From the human T2T-CHM13v2.0 reference genome, Homo sapiens: DNA of 64,000 nucleotides. The DNA lies in assembly GCF_009914755.1 (NCBI RefSeq), contig NC_060944.1. One strand, 5' to 3'. The notes beneath the pieces are model-generated. The model was given only the letters and a program-made list of their open reading frames with translations, was not told the DNA's origin and searched no databases. The translations under genes and the position numbers were made by a program. Below, in pieces: positions 25,711 to 38,901 of the stretch; position 1 is the stretch's first letter, and every line of letters starts with the position of its first letter.

Positions 25711-26760
25711 CTTAACTTTTTGATGGGCTGGTGGATTCAGTTTGCTAGTAATTATATTGAGGATTTTTGGGTATATGTTCATCAGGAATACTGGCTGGAA
25801 GTTTTCTTTTTCTACATGTCTCTGCCAGATTTTGGGATCAGAATGATGCTGGCTTCATAGAAAGAGTTAGGGAAGAGTTGTCCTAGATTTTTTTGGAATA
25901 GTTTCACTAGGATTGGTAGGACCTCTTCTTTGTATTTTTGTTAGAATTTGGCTGTGAATCCACCTGGTCTAGGGCTTTCATTGGTAGGTAGGGTTTTTTA
26001 AAAAATTACTGATTCAATTTCAGAACTAGTCTTTGGTCTATTTAAGTTTTCACTTTCTTCCTTATTCAATCTTGGGAGGTCATTTGTTTCCAGAAATGTA
26101 TCCATTTTCTCTAGATTCTCTAATTTATTTGCATATGTTTATAACCGTCTTTGAGGATATTTTCTATTCTCGTGGGATCAGTTTTAATATCATCTTTGTT
26201 ATTTCTGATTGTGTTTATTTGGATATTCTCTTTTTGTCTTTGTAATCTAGCTAATGGTCTATCAATCTAGTTTATTCTTTCAAAGAACCAACTTTTGGTT
26301 TCGTTGGCTTTTGTATGACTTTTTACATCCTAATTTTATTCAGATCTACTTATTTTAGTTATTTCTTTTCTTCTACTAGCTTTGGGTTTGGTTTGCTCTT
26401 GTTTTCCAAGTTTCTCTCAGTGTGATGTTATATTGTTAATTTGAGATCTTTCTATCCTTTTGGTTTAGGTCTTCAGTGCTATAAACTTTCCTCTTAACAC
26501 TGCTTTAGCTGCATCCCAAATTATTTTAATAATGTTGTTTTTGTCTATTTTCATCAATTTCAAAGAATTTTTAAATTTCTCACTTAATGTTGGGAAAATG
26601 GAATATCTACATAGAGAAGAGTGAAAACAGACTCTTATCTCACCCCTTATACAAGCATCAATTTTAAATGTATTACAAACCTAAATGTAAGACCTGAAAC
26701 TATAAAACTATAGCTTTCTTCATTCAGGAGCAAGTTGTTTAATTTCTGTGTAATTATTGA
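25711..26760 (-). mobile_element. Antisense L1 ORF2 fragment containing a 124-bp templated insert
   Basis: tggattcagtttgctagt...ttgaggatttt and cattcaggagcaagttgtttaatttc motifs. Confidence 0.8.
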
Positions 26761-27016
26761 CATCTTGACTGTGTAAAGTCTTACTATTTAGGATCATCAT
26801 ACATGTTTATTCAAGCATTTTTAATGTACCTCTGAAAACAGAACATTGGCCAGTAGACCTCATGTTTTTCTGGATATGATGGCAAAGGCCAGAAAGCTAA
26901 GGTGTGGGCTCCAGTGCTGCCTATTGCTCCAGAAGTGCCACCTGTCTTGACCCAGGAGACTCCAGAGAGACTATTGTTTGTCCAACCCAGTCCCATCAGG
27001 ACATCTGTTCACTCAT

Positions 27017-27095
27017 CTCCCATTACAGCTGCCTCTACTGCCAGTGTCCTAAGGATGAGGACCACCATTGGGACCAAGAAGCTGCTGGCTTTCAT
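27017..27095 (-). pseudogene. PI3/trappin-paralog exon 1 (signal peptide) with mutated splice donor
   Basis: 79 nt like PI3 exon 1; MKASSFLVPMVVLILRTLAVEAAVMG vs MRASSFLIVVVFLIAGTLVLEAAVTG (16/26 aa, 62/79 nt by manual count); donor G|atgagtgaacag vs PI3 G|gtgagtgaacag; intron homology continues to ~26850. Confidence 0.92.
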
Positions 27096-27655
27096 ATTGT
27101 CAGTAAGGTGCTTGACAAAGAGCTGAGACCAAATCTGTCTTTATGCAGTCCCAGCTTGGCCTGGCTCCAGGGGTGGGTCTGGTATTTACAAGGAACAAGA
27201 CATAGCCTTAGCTCTATCAGGAAATATCCACCCCTTTATGGAGGGCCCTGGAATCTTTACCCAAAAATTATTCACTGGGATAAGCGACAGACATTACATT
27301 ACATCACATCACCACTGATTCTCCCAAGAGCTTTTCTACTTTCTTGCAGAGAAGAAGTGCTGGCTCACTTCTCAGGCAACATTGCAATCAAATTCTTAAT
27401 ATTTTCAAACACTCTGAGACCCAAGAATAGAAGAGAGTTACCCAAGGTCATTCAGCTACTCACTGGGAAATCCAGTCTTGATTATAAAGCCAGGGTGTTT
27501 CCCTATTATGTCCTCATCCTACAAACCCCACCCAGATCTACCCTATCATTTTACTCCTCCCAGTATCACACTGGGCTTTTCTTTCCTTCTTCTCTGGTCT
27601 TGAGAAAAACTTTGTAAGGAAGTTTGTTTTAAAAGCTTAATGGCTAATCATTGTG
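27096..27655 (-). promoter_or_regulatory. Duplicated PI3-type promoter
   Basis: CATAAA kept (27140-27145); GC box changed to CCCACCCC (27170-27177); kB site degenerate GGGTAAAGATTCC (27250-27262); activity unknown. Confidence 0.7.
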
Positions 27656-27659
27656 AAAC

Positions 27660-28545
27660 TCTAAGCACAAGAGAAAGAAAAAATGTACTAATGAGATTCA
27701 AAATATTTGGGAAGGCAAGAGAAAGTATCAGTAAACTTCAAGATATGTCTTTTGAAATGATCCCATCTGTAGAACAAAGGAAAAAGGAAGAAAAAAGAAC
27801 ATGCCTGAGAATACTGTGGGACATCATCAAGCTTACCTACATAGGCATAATGGAAGTCCCAGAACAAGAAAAACACAAAGGGGAAGAAAAAATATTTGAA
27901 GTAATAATGGCAATAGTCACATTCTTGATGATATATGTGACTCTATATTTCCGTGAATCTCAAAGAACTCCAAGCAGTATAAACTTAAAGAAACCTACAT
28001 TTATGCATATTATATCCAATTGTTGAAGCTCAAAGACAAAGGGAGAAGCCATAAAGCAGCAAGAGAGAAGTAACTCACTACATACAATAGATTCTTAAGA
28101 TATTAGCTTCAGATTTCTTGCCAGAAACCATGTTTGTCAGAAGGCAATGAGAAAACATTTTCAAAGTGCTGAAAAAAAAACCTATCAGCCAAGAATTCTG
28201 TATGTAGCATAATTATCCTTCAAAAATGAAGGAGAAATGAAGACATTCCTAGTATAAAAAAGTGAGAGTTTGTAGTTAGGAGACTTACTCTATAAGAAAT
28301 GCTAAAGGGAGTTCTTCAGGCTGAAATGAAAAGAAACTAGACACTATTCAAAGTCATACAAAGAAAGAAAGAACACTGGTAAAAGTAACTACATAGGTAA
28401 ATATAGAAGCCAACATTATGAATTACTTGTAACTTCCCACTTTTCTATAAGATTTAAAGGCAAATGCATGAGAATATTATTATAAAGCTCATTAATGGGT
28501 ACATGATGTGACAATAAAAACATATAGAAGGTTATACTAATGTGT
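27660..28545 (+). mobile_element. Old L1M ORF1 / inter-ORF fragment
   Basis: ORF 27640-28026 is L1 ORF1-like (LWDIIK..IGIMEVPE...EKIFE). Confidence 0.75.
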
Positions 28546-28547
28546 GA

Positions 28548-31500
28548 GTGAGCATGAATCCCACTGCCACTGCTCAATGAAGTGCTTTGGCCAGTACCAC
28601 ACATTGGAATATTATGGCCAGAGGACTGAGAACACCTCAGCAATCCAGAGCAGCAGGTTTCTAACTTTGAGGGGCCCAAGAATAAAGCTAGGGGCCTGTT
28701 ACCACCCCCACTCCAGAGTTAGAGCATGCAGTCCAGGGGTCCTGAACTGAGCCTTGGGCCTTAAAATCATTCCAGAAATGAACCCAGTTGACTGAACTCA
28801 ACTTATAGCAAAATCAACCACCCAAGGGCATCAAAGAAGATAAAAGCAAACAAAACAAAAAACAACTCATCCAAAGGACAGCAACTTCAAATGTTGAAGG
28901 AACATTGCCTGCAAAGATGAGAAAGAACCAACGCAAGAACTCTGGCAACTCAAAAGGTGGCAGTGTGTTTTTACCTCCAAATGACCATATTAGTTTTCCA
29001 GAAATGGTTCTTAACCAGGCTTAAATGGCTGAAATGGCAGAAATAGAATTCAGAATATGGATAGGAATGAAGATGATTGAGATTCAGGAGAAAGTAAAAA
29101 CCCATTCCATGAAATCTTAGGAATACAATAAAATGATACCAGGAATAAAGATATAGTGGCCATTTCAAGAAAGAACAAAACTGATCTGATAGAACTGAAA
29201 ATCTGACTTCAAGGTTTTCAGAATACAATTGCAAGTAGAATCAACCAAGATGAGGAAAGAATCTCAGAGCTTAAGACCTCAAAGCTATTTTGGTTCTTCA
29301 AAATAACTCAGTCAGACAAAAATAAAATGAAAACGATTATGAAGAATGAGGAAAACCTCCAAGAAATATGGGAATATGTAAAGAGACCAAATCTGTGACT
29401 CACTGGTGTTCCCGAAAGGAGGGAGAGAAAGTGAGGAACTTGGAAAACATATTTGAGAATATTACCCACGAAAATTTGCCCAACCTCACTAGAGAGGCCA
29501 AGATTCAAATTCAGGACATGCAGAGAACCCCTGCAAAATATCATACTAGATGACCAATCCCAAGATGCATAATCATCAGATTCTCCAAGATCAAAATAAA
29601 AAAAAAATGTTAAGGGCAGCTAGAAAGAAGAGGCAGGTCACCTACAAAGGGAAGCCCATCAGGCTAATGACAAACCTGTCAGCAGAAACTATACAAGCCA
29701 GGAGAAATTGGGGGCCTATATTCAGCATTTTTAAAGAAAAGAAATTCCAACCGAGAATTTAATATCCAGCCAAACTAAGCTTCATAAGTCAAGGAGAAAT
29801 ACAATCTTTTTCAAGGAAGGAAATGCAAAGAGAATTCATTACCACCAGACCTGCCTTACAAAAGGCCCTAAAGGGAGTGATAAATATGGAAAGAAAAGAC
29901 CATTACCAGCCACTAAAAAACACACTTAAGTACATAAACCATTGACACTATAAAGCAACCACACAACCAAATTTTGTATTAACCAGGTAACAATACAATG
30001 ACAGGATCAAAACCACACCTATCTATATTAACCTTGAATGTAAAAAGGCTAAATGTCCCAATTAAAAGGCACAGAGTGGTAAGTTGGATAGAGAACCAAG
30101 ACACAACTGTATGCTGTCTTCAAGAGTCCATCTCACATGCAATGACACCTATAGGCTCAAAGTAAAGGGATGCAGAAAAATCTACCAAACAGACACAACA
30201 CAGAAAAAGCCAGGTGTTCCTATTCTAATTTCAGGCAAAACAGACTTTAAACCAATAGAGATTAAAAACACACACACACACACAAAGAAGGGCATTAGAG
30301 AATGGTGAAAGGCTTAGTTCAGCATGAAGACCTAGCTCTGCTAAATATATATGCATCTAGCACAGGAGCACCCAGATTCCTAAGTCAAGCTCCTAAAGAC
30401 CTATGAAGAAACTTAGATAACCACACAATAATAGTGGGAGACTTTAACACCCCACTGACAGAATTAGACAGATCTTTGAGGCAGAAAATAACAAAGATAT
30501 TTGGGACCTGAACTCAACACTGAACCAAATGGACCTAACAGATATCTACAGGACTCCCCACCCAAAACCAACATAATACTCACTCTTCTCATTTGCACTT
30601 GCCACATACTCTAAAATTGACCTCACAATTTGACATAAAACAATCCTCAGCAAATTCAAAAACACCACATTCATACCAACCACACTCTTGGACCACAGCA
30701 CAATAAAAATAGAAATCAATGCAAAGAAAATTGCTCAAAGCCATGCAATTACATGGAAATTAAACAACCAGCTTCTTAATGATGTCTCAGTAAATAATGA
30801 AATTAAGGCAGACATCAAGAAATTCTTCAAAACTAGTGAAAAAAAAATACAGCATACCAGAATCTGTGGGACATAGCCAAAGCAGTGTTAAGGGAAAAGT
30901 TTATAACACTAAATGCCCACATTAAAAAGTTAGAAAGATCTCAAATTAACAACTTAAGATTACAACTAGAGGAACTAGAGAAACCAGAGTAAACCAACAC
31001 CAAATCTAGCAGAAGACAAGAAGTAACAAAAGTAAGAGCTGAACTGAAGGAAATTGAGACACAAAAAAACACGCAAAATTCAATGAATCCAGAAGCTGTT
31101 TCCTTAAAAGAATAAAGAAGATTGATATATTATTAGCTAGGGGGATAAAGAAAAAAAGAGAGAAGATCCAAGTAAACACAACCAGAAATCACAAAGGGGA
31201 TGTTATCACTAACCCCACAGAAATACAAACAACTCTCGGAGACTACTTGGAACACTCTGCAGACAAATTAGAAAACCTAAAGCAAATGGATAATATTCTA
31301 GAATTGTACAACCTTAAGATTCAATCAGAAAGAAATTGAATCCCAAAAGCAATGGCAACAAAAGCCAAAATTGACAAATGGGATCTAATTAAACTAAAGA
31401 GCTGCTGCACCGCAAGAGAAACTACCAACAGAGTGAACAGAGTGAACAGGCAACCTACGGAATGGGAGAAAATTTTTGCAATTTACTCATCTGACAAAGG

Positions 31501-34500
31501 GCTAATATCCAGAATCTACAAAGAACTCAAACAAATTTACAAGAAAAAAACAAACAACCCCATCAAAAAGTGGGCAAAGGATATGAACAGACATTTCTAA
31601 AAAGAAGACATTTATGCAGCCAATAGACACATGAAAAAATGCTGATCATCACTGGCCATCAGAGAAATGCAAATCAAAACCTCAATGAGATACCATCTCA
31701 CACTGGTTAGAATGGTGATCATTAAAAAGTCAGGAAACAACAGGTACTGGAGATGATGTGGAGAAACAGGAACACTTCTACACTGTTGGTGGGACTGTAA
31801 ACTAGTTCAACCATTGTGGAAGACAGTGTGGGGATTCCTCAAGGATCTAGAACTAGAAATACTATTTGACCCAGCCATCCCATTACTGGGTATATACCCA
31901 AAGGATTATAAATCATGCGGCTATAAAGACACATGGACACGTATGTTTATTGCAGCACTATTCACAATAGCAAAGACTTGGAACCAACCCAAAATTCCAT
32001 CAATGATAGACTGGATTAAGAAAATGTGGCCCATATACATCATGGAATACTATGCAGCCATAAAAAAGGATGAGTTCGTGTCCTTTGTAGGGACATGGAT
32101 GAAGCTGGAAACCATAATTCTCAGCAAACTATCACAAGGACAAAAAACCAAACACCGCATATTCTCACTCATAGGTGGGAATTGAACAATGAGAACACTT
32201 GGACACAGGAAGGGGAACATCACACACCAGGGCCTGTCATGGGGAGCGGGGAGGGATAGCATTAGGAGATATACCTAATGTAAATGACGAGTTAATGGGT
32301 GCAGCACACCAGCATGGCACATGTATACATATGTAACAAACCTGCATGTTGTGTACATGTACCCTAGAACTTAAAGTATAATAAAAATGTATACATAAAA
32401 AAATTAAAAGGCTATTAACTTCAAAAAAAAAAAAAGCCTACCAACAAGAAAAAGCTCAGGACCAAACAATTCACAGTCAAATTTATAACATGTATAAAGA
32501 AAAGCTCATATTGCTCCTACTGAAACTATTCCAAAAAACTGGAGAGGAGGGACTCCTCCCCAACTCATTCTATTAGGCATCATCCTGATACCAAAACCTG
32601 GCAGAGACACAACAACAAAAAAAACTTCAGGCCATTGTCCTTGGCAAACACTGATGCAAAACTCCTTAAAAAATTACTAGCAAATCAAATCCAACAACAC
32701 ATCAAGAAGTGAATCCACCATGATCAAGTAGGCTTTAACTTTGGGATGCAAGGTTGGTTCAACACTTGTGAATTAATAATTGTGATTCACTACATACACA
32801 GAACTAAAAACAAAAATGTGATTATCACAACAGATGCAGAAAAAGGTTTTGATAATGTTCAGTGTTCCTTCATGTTAAAAACCCTCCACAAACTAGGCAT
32901 TGAAGGAACATACTTGAAAGTAATGAGTCATTTCTGAAAATCCTACAGCCAGGATAATAGTAAATGGGCAAAAGCTGGAAGCATTTCCCTTGAATAACAG
33001 AACAAGACAAGGATTCCCTCTCTCACCTCTCCTATTCAACATAGCACTGGAAGTCCTAGCTAGAGGAATCAGGAAAGAGAAAGAAATAAGAAGTTTCCAA
33101 ATAGGAAGAGAGGAAGTTAAACTATCCCTGTTTGCAGGCAATATGATTCTATACCTAGAAAACCCCATAGTTTCTGTCTAAAAGCTTCTTGATCTGATAA
33201 ACCACTTCAGAAAAGTTTCAGGATACAAAATTAATGCACAAAAGTCAGCAGCATTCCTATATACCAACAAATCTAAGCTGAGATAAATCAGAAATGCAAT
33301 CTCATTAACAATAGCCAAATAAGAAAAAAATTCCTAGGAATATAGTTAACCCAGGAAGTGAAACATCTTTACAACAAGAATTACAAACCACTACTCAAAG
33401 AAATAAGAGATGACACAAATAAATGGAAAAACATTCCTATGCTCATGGTTAGGAAGAATCAATATTGTTAAAATGGCCATACTACCCAAAACAATTTACA
33501 GATTCAATTCTATTCCTATGAAACTACCAATGACATTCTTCACAAAAGTAGAAAAAACTATTTTAAAATTTATATGGAACCAAAAAAGAGCCTGAATAGC
33601 TGAGTCAATCCTAAGCAAAAAGAACAAAGCGGGAGGTGACACATTGCTTGACTGCAAACTATACTTCAAGGCTGCAGTAACCAAAACTGCATGGTACTGG
33701 TACAAAAACAGATACCTAGAACAATGGAACATTACAGAGCCCAGAAATAATTAATGCTGCAAACCTACAACTATCTAATCTTCAACAAAATCAACAAAAA
33801 AAGAAACAATGGGGGAAGGGACTTCCTATTAAATAAATGATTCTGGAATAACTGGCTAGCCATATGCAGAAGACTGAAATTGTACCCCTTCCTTAAACCA
33901 TATACAAAAATCTACTCAAGATGTATTAAAGACTTAAATGTAAAACATAAAACTATAAAACCCTGCAAGGTAACCTAGGAAATATGATTCTGGACGTAGA
34001 ACTTGGTAAATATTTCATGATGAAGATGCCAAAAGCAATAGCAACAAAAACAAAACTTGACAAATAGGACCTAGTTAAACTAAAAAGCTTCCGCACAGCA
34101 AAAGAAACTATCAGCACAGTAAACCAACAACCTACAGAATAGAAGAAAATATTTGTGAGCTATGTGTCCAACAAAGGTCTAATATCCAGAATCTATAAGG
34201 AACTTAAACCAGTTAACAAGCAAAAAACAGACAACCCCATTAGAAAGTGGGCAAAGGACATGAACAGAAACTTCTCAAAAGAAAACATACATGTTGCCAA
34301 CAAACAAATGAAAAAATGCTCAACATCACAGATCATTAGAGAAATGAAAATCCAAACAGTAATTGAGATAGCATCTCACACCAGTCGTTATAACATAACA
34401 TATGCTGTCAAGGTTGTAGAGAAAAGGGAACATTTATACACTGCTGGTAGGAATGTAAATTAGTTCAGCCAGCATGGAAAGCAGTATGGCAATTTCTCAA

Positions 34501-35066
34501 AGAACTTAAAACAGAATTACCATTCAACCCAAGATATTCCATTAATGGTTATATACCCAAAGGAATATAAATCATTCTATCATAAAGACACATCCATGTA
34601 GTATGTGAATCACAGAACTATTCACAGTATCAAAGACATAGAATCAACCTAATTGCTCATCAATGATAGACTGGATAAAGAAAATGTGGTATGTAAACAC
34701 CATAGAATACTACGAGTCATAAAAAAGAACAAGATCATGTCCTTTGCAGCAACATGGATGGAGCTGGAGGCCATTATCCTAAGCAAACTTTCACAAGAAC
34801 AGAAAAGAAAATACCACATTTTCTCACGTATAAATGAAAACTGAACATTGAGTACATATGGACACAAAGAAGGGAACAATGGACACTAGGGCCTACTTGA
34901 GGGTAGAGAATGGGAGGAGCGTGAGGATCAAAACACGAATCGAGTACTATGCTGATTACCTGGTGATGAAATACTTCTGCACACGAACCCCCCCATGACA
35001 TGAAATTTACCTATACAACAAACCTGCACATGTACCCCTGAAACTAAAATAAAAGTTAAAAATAAA
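28548..35066 (+). mobile_element. Near-full-length older primate L1 (L1PA13-16-like), interrupted by a younger L1
   Basis: Continuous degenerate ORF1, ORF2 and 3'UTR; ends gtacccctgaaactaaaataaaagttaaaaataaaa. Confidence 0.88.
31345..32435 (+). mobile_element. 5'-truncated younger L1 (L1PA4/5-like) nested in the older L1
   Basis: ORF2 C-terminal ORFs 31352 and 31814; 3'UTR atacctaatgtaaatgacgagttaatggg; poly(A); host ORF2 resumes at 32436. Confidence 0.9.
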
Positions 35067-36201
35067 ACCCCAAAATTAGACACACAGTCTGTTCATGAGG
35101 CTTGATGGAAACAGCAGGCAAGTTTATCCACTACTGGTGGGATTACAATATGGTACAACCCCTATCAAGGGAAATATGGCAATATTATCAAAATTTCAAA
35201 TGCATTTCACCTTTGTATAAGCAAATATACTTCTGGGAATCTGGTTCACAAGAAAGCAAGCTAAGAAAGGCCACATGTGGTATAGTTTGTAATGGCAAAA
35301 TATTGGAAACAACTTGCGAGGGTAGCAATGTGGGTTTATTGAAAGCTAAGGTAGTCTATAAATGATTCGCTCTGCAGCTTTCTCTCTCTCTCTCTCTCTC
35401 CAAGCAATCAAAGAACTAGAACATTACTAATAACCAACAACTTAAATCAACCCGTGTCCTTCTCACCCATCCAGAATGTTTTCTTCTCTCGTTTCCAGAG
35501 TTAGCCACTATCTTGTATGTCATTTTTATAGTTTTTTCATTTTTTATGTATCCCTTTTTGAGCTTTGCTTCATATGTAAATATGCCTAGGCAATATATTT
35601 CCCAGTTCTCCTTCATTTGAGTTTTATGACAAGTGGGTAATTCTAAATATTGTCACTGTGGACTTGTGTTGTTTATTCAACATTATTTTAATTATGGTCA
35701 TATTGTGCATGGCTGTAATTCAGTTATTTTCATAATTGTATAATACTTCCTTGCATTAATATGTCATGACATATTTATGCATTAATATGTCATGACATAT
35801 TTATCCAGTATTTTAGTATTGGTAACATGGACTGTTTCCAGTATGTTATTGTTAAAAACAGTACTTTTATGAACATTATTGTGCATGTTTCTTGGTAAAC
35901 ATGTGGAAATATTTTCCTTAATTAAATCTTTAGGAGTGCAATTGCTGAATTATAGATTGTGTACACATTCAATTTTACTAGCTGATGTCAAACTGTTTTT
36001 AAATGTTTCACCAATATAGACTCTCATTAGTAATGCATAAAAGTTTCTTTTCTACTACAAATCAATAAGAAAAGATAAACAACCCATTCAAATCTAAAAT
36101 AAAAGTTGAAATTAAATAAATAAGTAAATAAAAGGTAAGATACTTGAATTGGCACTTCACAAAAGAGGATAGCCAAATGGATAATAGAAATATTAAAAAT
36201 G

Positions 36202-36513
<312 letters not shown>

Positions 36514-37914
36514 TCAGCTTCACCAGTTATTAGGAAAGTGTAAATTCAAATCACAGGAAATCCCACAAGATGTCCACCTGAATGGCTAATGAAAAGGCAA
36601 ATCATATGAGGCATTGGTGAGATTATGGAGCAAATGGAATGCTCACACATTGCTGATAGCAGTGTGAATTGGTACAATGATGTTGGAAAATTGATTGCAG
36701 TATTTATGACAGCTGGATGTATCTATACTCTGTGATCTGTACTCTGTGATCCAGCAATTCCATTCCTAACCATATATCCAAAATAAATGCATACCTATGT
36801 TCTGCAAGAGATATGTACAAGAATATTCATAGCAACACTATAATAGCTAAAACCTAGAAATATCCAATGTATATTGACAGTAGAATGAATATATAACATT
36901 TTTGGTATTTTTCATAGAATACTGTACAGCAGTGAAAATGATGAACTACAGGTGTAGACTTCAAAATGGATGACTCTCAAAAATATAATGTTGAGCAACA
37001 TAAGCAGGACATATGAACACTATACCTTAGATTTCATTTACATACAAATTGAAAAAGTATACTAAACTGAATATATATTTCAGAATACAGACAGAAGTGG
37101 CATAACTATAAAGGAAAGCAAGGGCTAATTACCATAAAATCTTAGGAAGCAGTTATCTCTGGGGAGGAAGGAGAATGAAGCAACTGAGGAGAGGCATGGA
37201 GCATAGATATAGCAAATATTCTCCTCCTTTACCTGGCAGCTCATTTTAATGCTATTCTTTAAAGAATATAGGTATTTTCTGTGAGCTTTTTATTTGTTTG
37301 TATGGCTTATTGTACAATGAGCTTTTGTGTAAGGTAGCCAAAGGCTTCCACAGTCTGACATTCGTTTATGTCTCCCTCAGTTTCAGGCTTGGTGGGCATG
37401 TGGTCAGAGTCTAAATCGACAAGGGGTGGGGATTTCACCAGCTGAATTAGTGTCCAATAATTAGTTTGTTACCTTCCCTGCCTTAACTCCACCTCAACTC
37501 AGTGACTTTCTTAACTCAGATTCTGTCCCTGACAATACCCAACTTCAGGATATTCATTTCTATTACTCAGAACTTTTGGTAACAATGACAGAATAGTAAG
37601 TCAGACTAGCTGAAGCAGAGGGCTAATTTATTGCCTCATAACCCAACCATGAGAAGGGTGTGTGAAGAACTGCTCTCAAGGTAAAGGAGGGAAACCTGGC
37701 TGTGTCATCTGAATCTTCTCTCACCATCACTTCTCTCCTTGTCTCAGTGTATTAGAGTCGTTTTTCTCAGACAATTGATCTCCACCCCCAGACTTAGATA
37801 ACCACTTCTGGAATTCCCTGGTTCATATATATCACCTTTTCCAGAAGAAGGAACCCCCGTTTTCCCCTTTCATTACTCATTCAAATAAAATATGTTAATA
37901 GACCAGACCAAGTC

Positions 37915-37965
37915 TCACACACAACACACACACACACACTCACACACACACACACACACACACAC
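37915..37965. repeat. Interrupted (CA)n microsatellite ~0.9 kb upstream of the PI3 ATG
   Basis: Read directly from the sequence. Confidence 0.95.
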
Positions 37966-38659
37966 CCCTACCTGTGGTCAGGGGTCAGGCTTTCATGATT
38001 AGCAGTCCCCATTAGACTCACAAGTTGATGGTTCAAAGAGACAACAATTCTTCACAAGAAACAGGGTGCTGTTCAAAGAAGTGGGGAGGCATGCTGGACA
38101 CACACACTGTAGATGTCCAATGTATACATGATACATGTTTTCTACTACTTTCTGATTATTTTCTCCCTACCACTGTGATTTCAAGGGCATCATCCCTCTT
38201 CAGACCTAGAATTCCACCTTCCAATTACTTTCTTGATGCATCTGAAAGGCCGTCTCTGAAACAGCAAAGTGCAATAATTAGTCATTATGTATTCAAGGCA
38301 AATTTGTCTTACAGAGTTTTTTGCAGGACCAGGGAAGAAGGAAGGAAATGCCCAGTTTGATGCTGGGAGTGGTAAAATGATAAAGTAGATCTGGGTGGGG
38401 TTTGTAGCACCAGAGCATAATGGAGAAACACCTTGGTTTTGTAATCAAGACTGGATCTACCAGTGACTTGCTGAATAACCTTCGGTGATTCCTTTCTCTT
38501 CTTGGGTCTCACTGTATTTCAAAACATGAAGAATTTCATTGTAATGTTACCTAATAAGTGAGCCAGCACTTCTACTCTGTGAGAAAGTAGGAAAACTCTT
38601 GGGACAATCAGAGATGATGTGATGTAATGTCCATTAGTTCTTCCTGTGAATAATCCTGA

Positions 38660-38778
38660 GGGAAAGCCCCCAGGTCCCTCCCAGAATGGGGTGGATATTT
38701 CCCAATACAGCTAAGGAATTATCCCTTGTAAATACCACAGACCCGCCCCTGGAGCCAGGCCAAGCTGGACTGCATAAA
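38660..38778 (+). promoter_or_regulatory. PI3: PI3 proximal promoter: NF-kB site GGGAAAGCCC (38660-38669), Sp1 GC box CCCGCCCC (38742-38749), TATA-like CATAAA (38773-38778)
   Basis: Motifs read directly; consistent with known cytokine/NF-kB inducibility of elafin. Confidence 0.8.
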
Positions 38779-38822
38779 GATTGGTATGGCCTTAGCTCTT
38801 AGCCAAACACCTTCCTGACACC

Positions 38823-38901
38823 ATGAGGGCCAGCAGCTTCTTGATCGTGGTGGTGTTCCTCATCGCTGGGACGCTGGTTCTAGAGGCAGCTGTCACGGGA
38901 G
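38823..38901 (+). CDS. PI3: Elafin / trappin-2 preproprotein, coding exon 1 (signal peptide)
   Basis: accATG; MRASSFLIVVVFLIAGTLVLEAAVTG+G; phase-1 donor gtgagt at 38902. Confidence 0.99.

Noticed and set aside
26904-27617. 237-aa ORF starting MGSSAA
   Set aside because: Antisense to the duplicated PI3 promoter/exon 1; GTG start; not kept open in the PI3 copy
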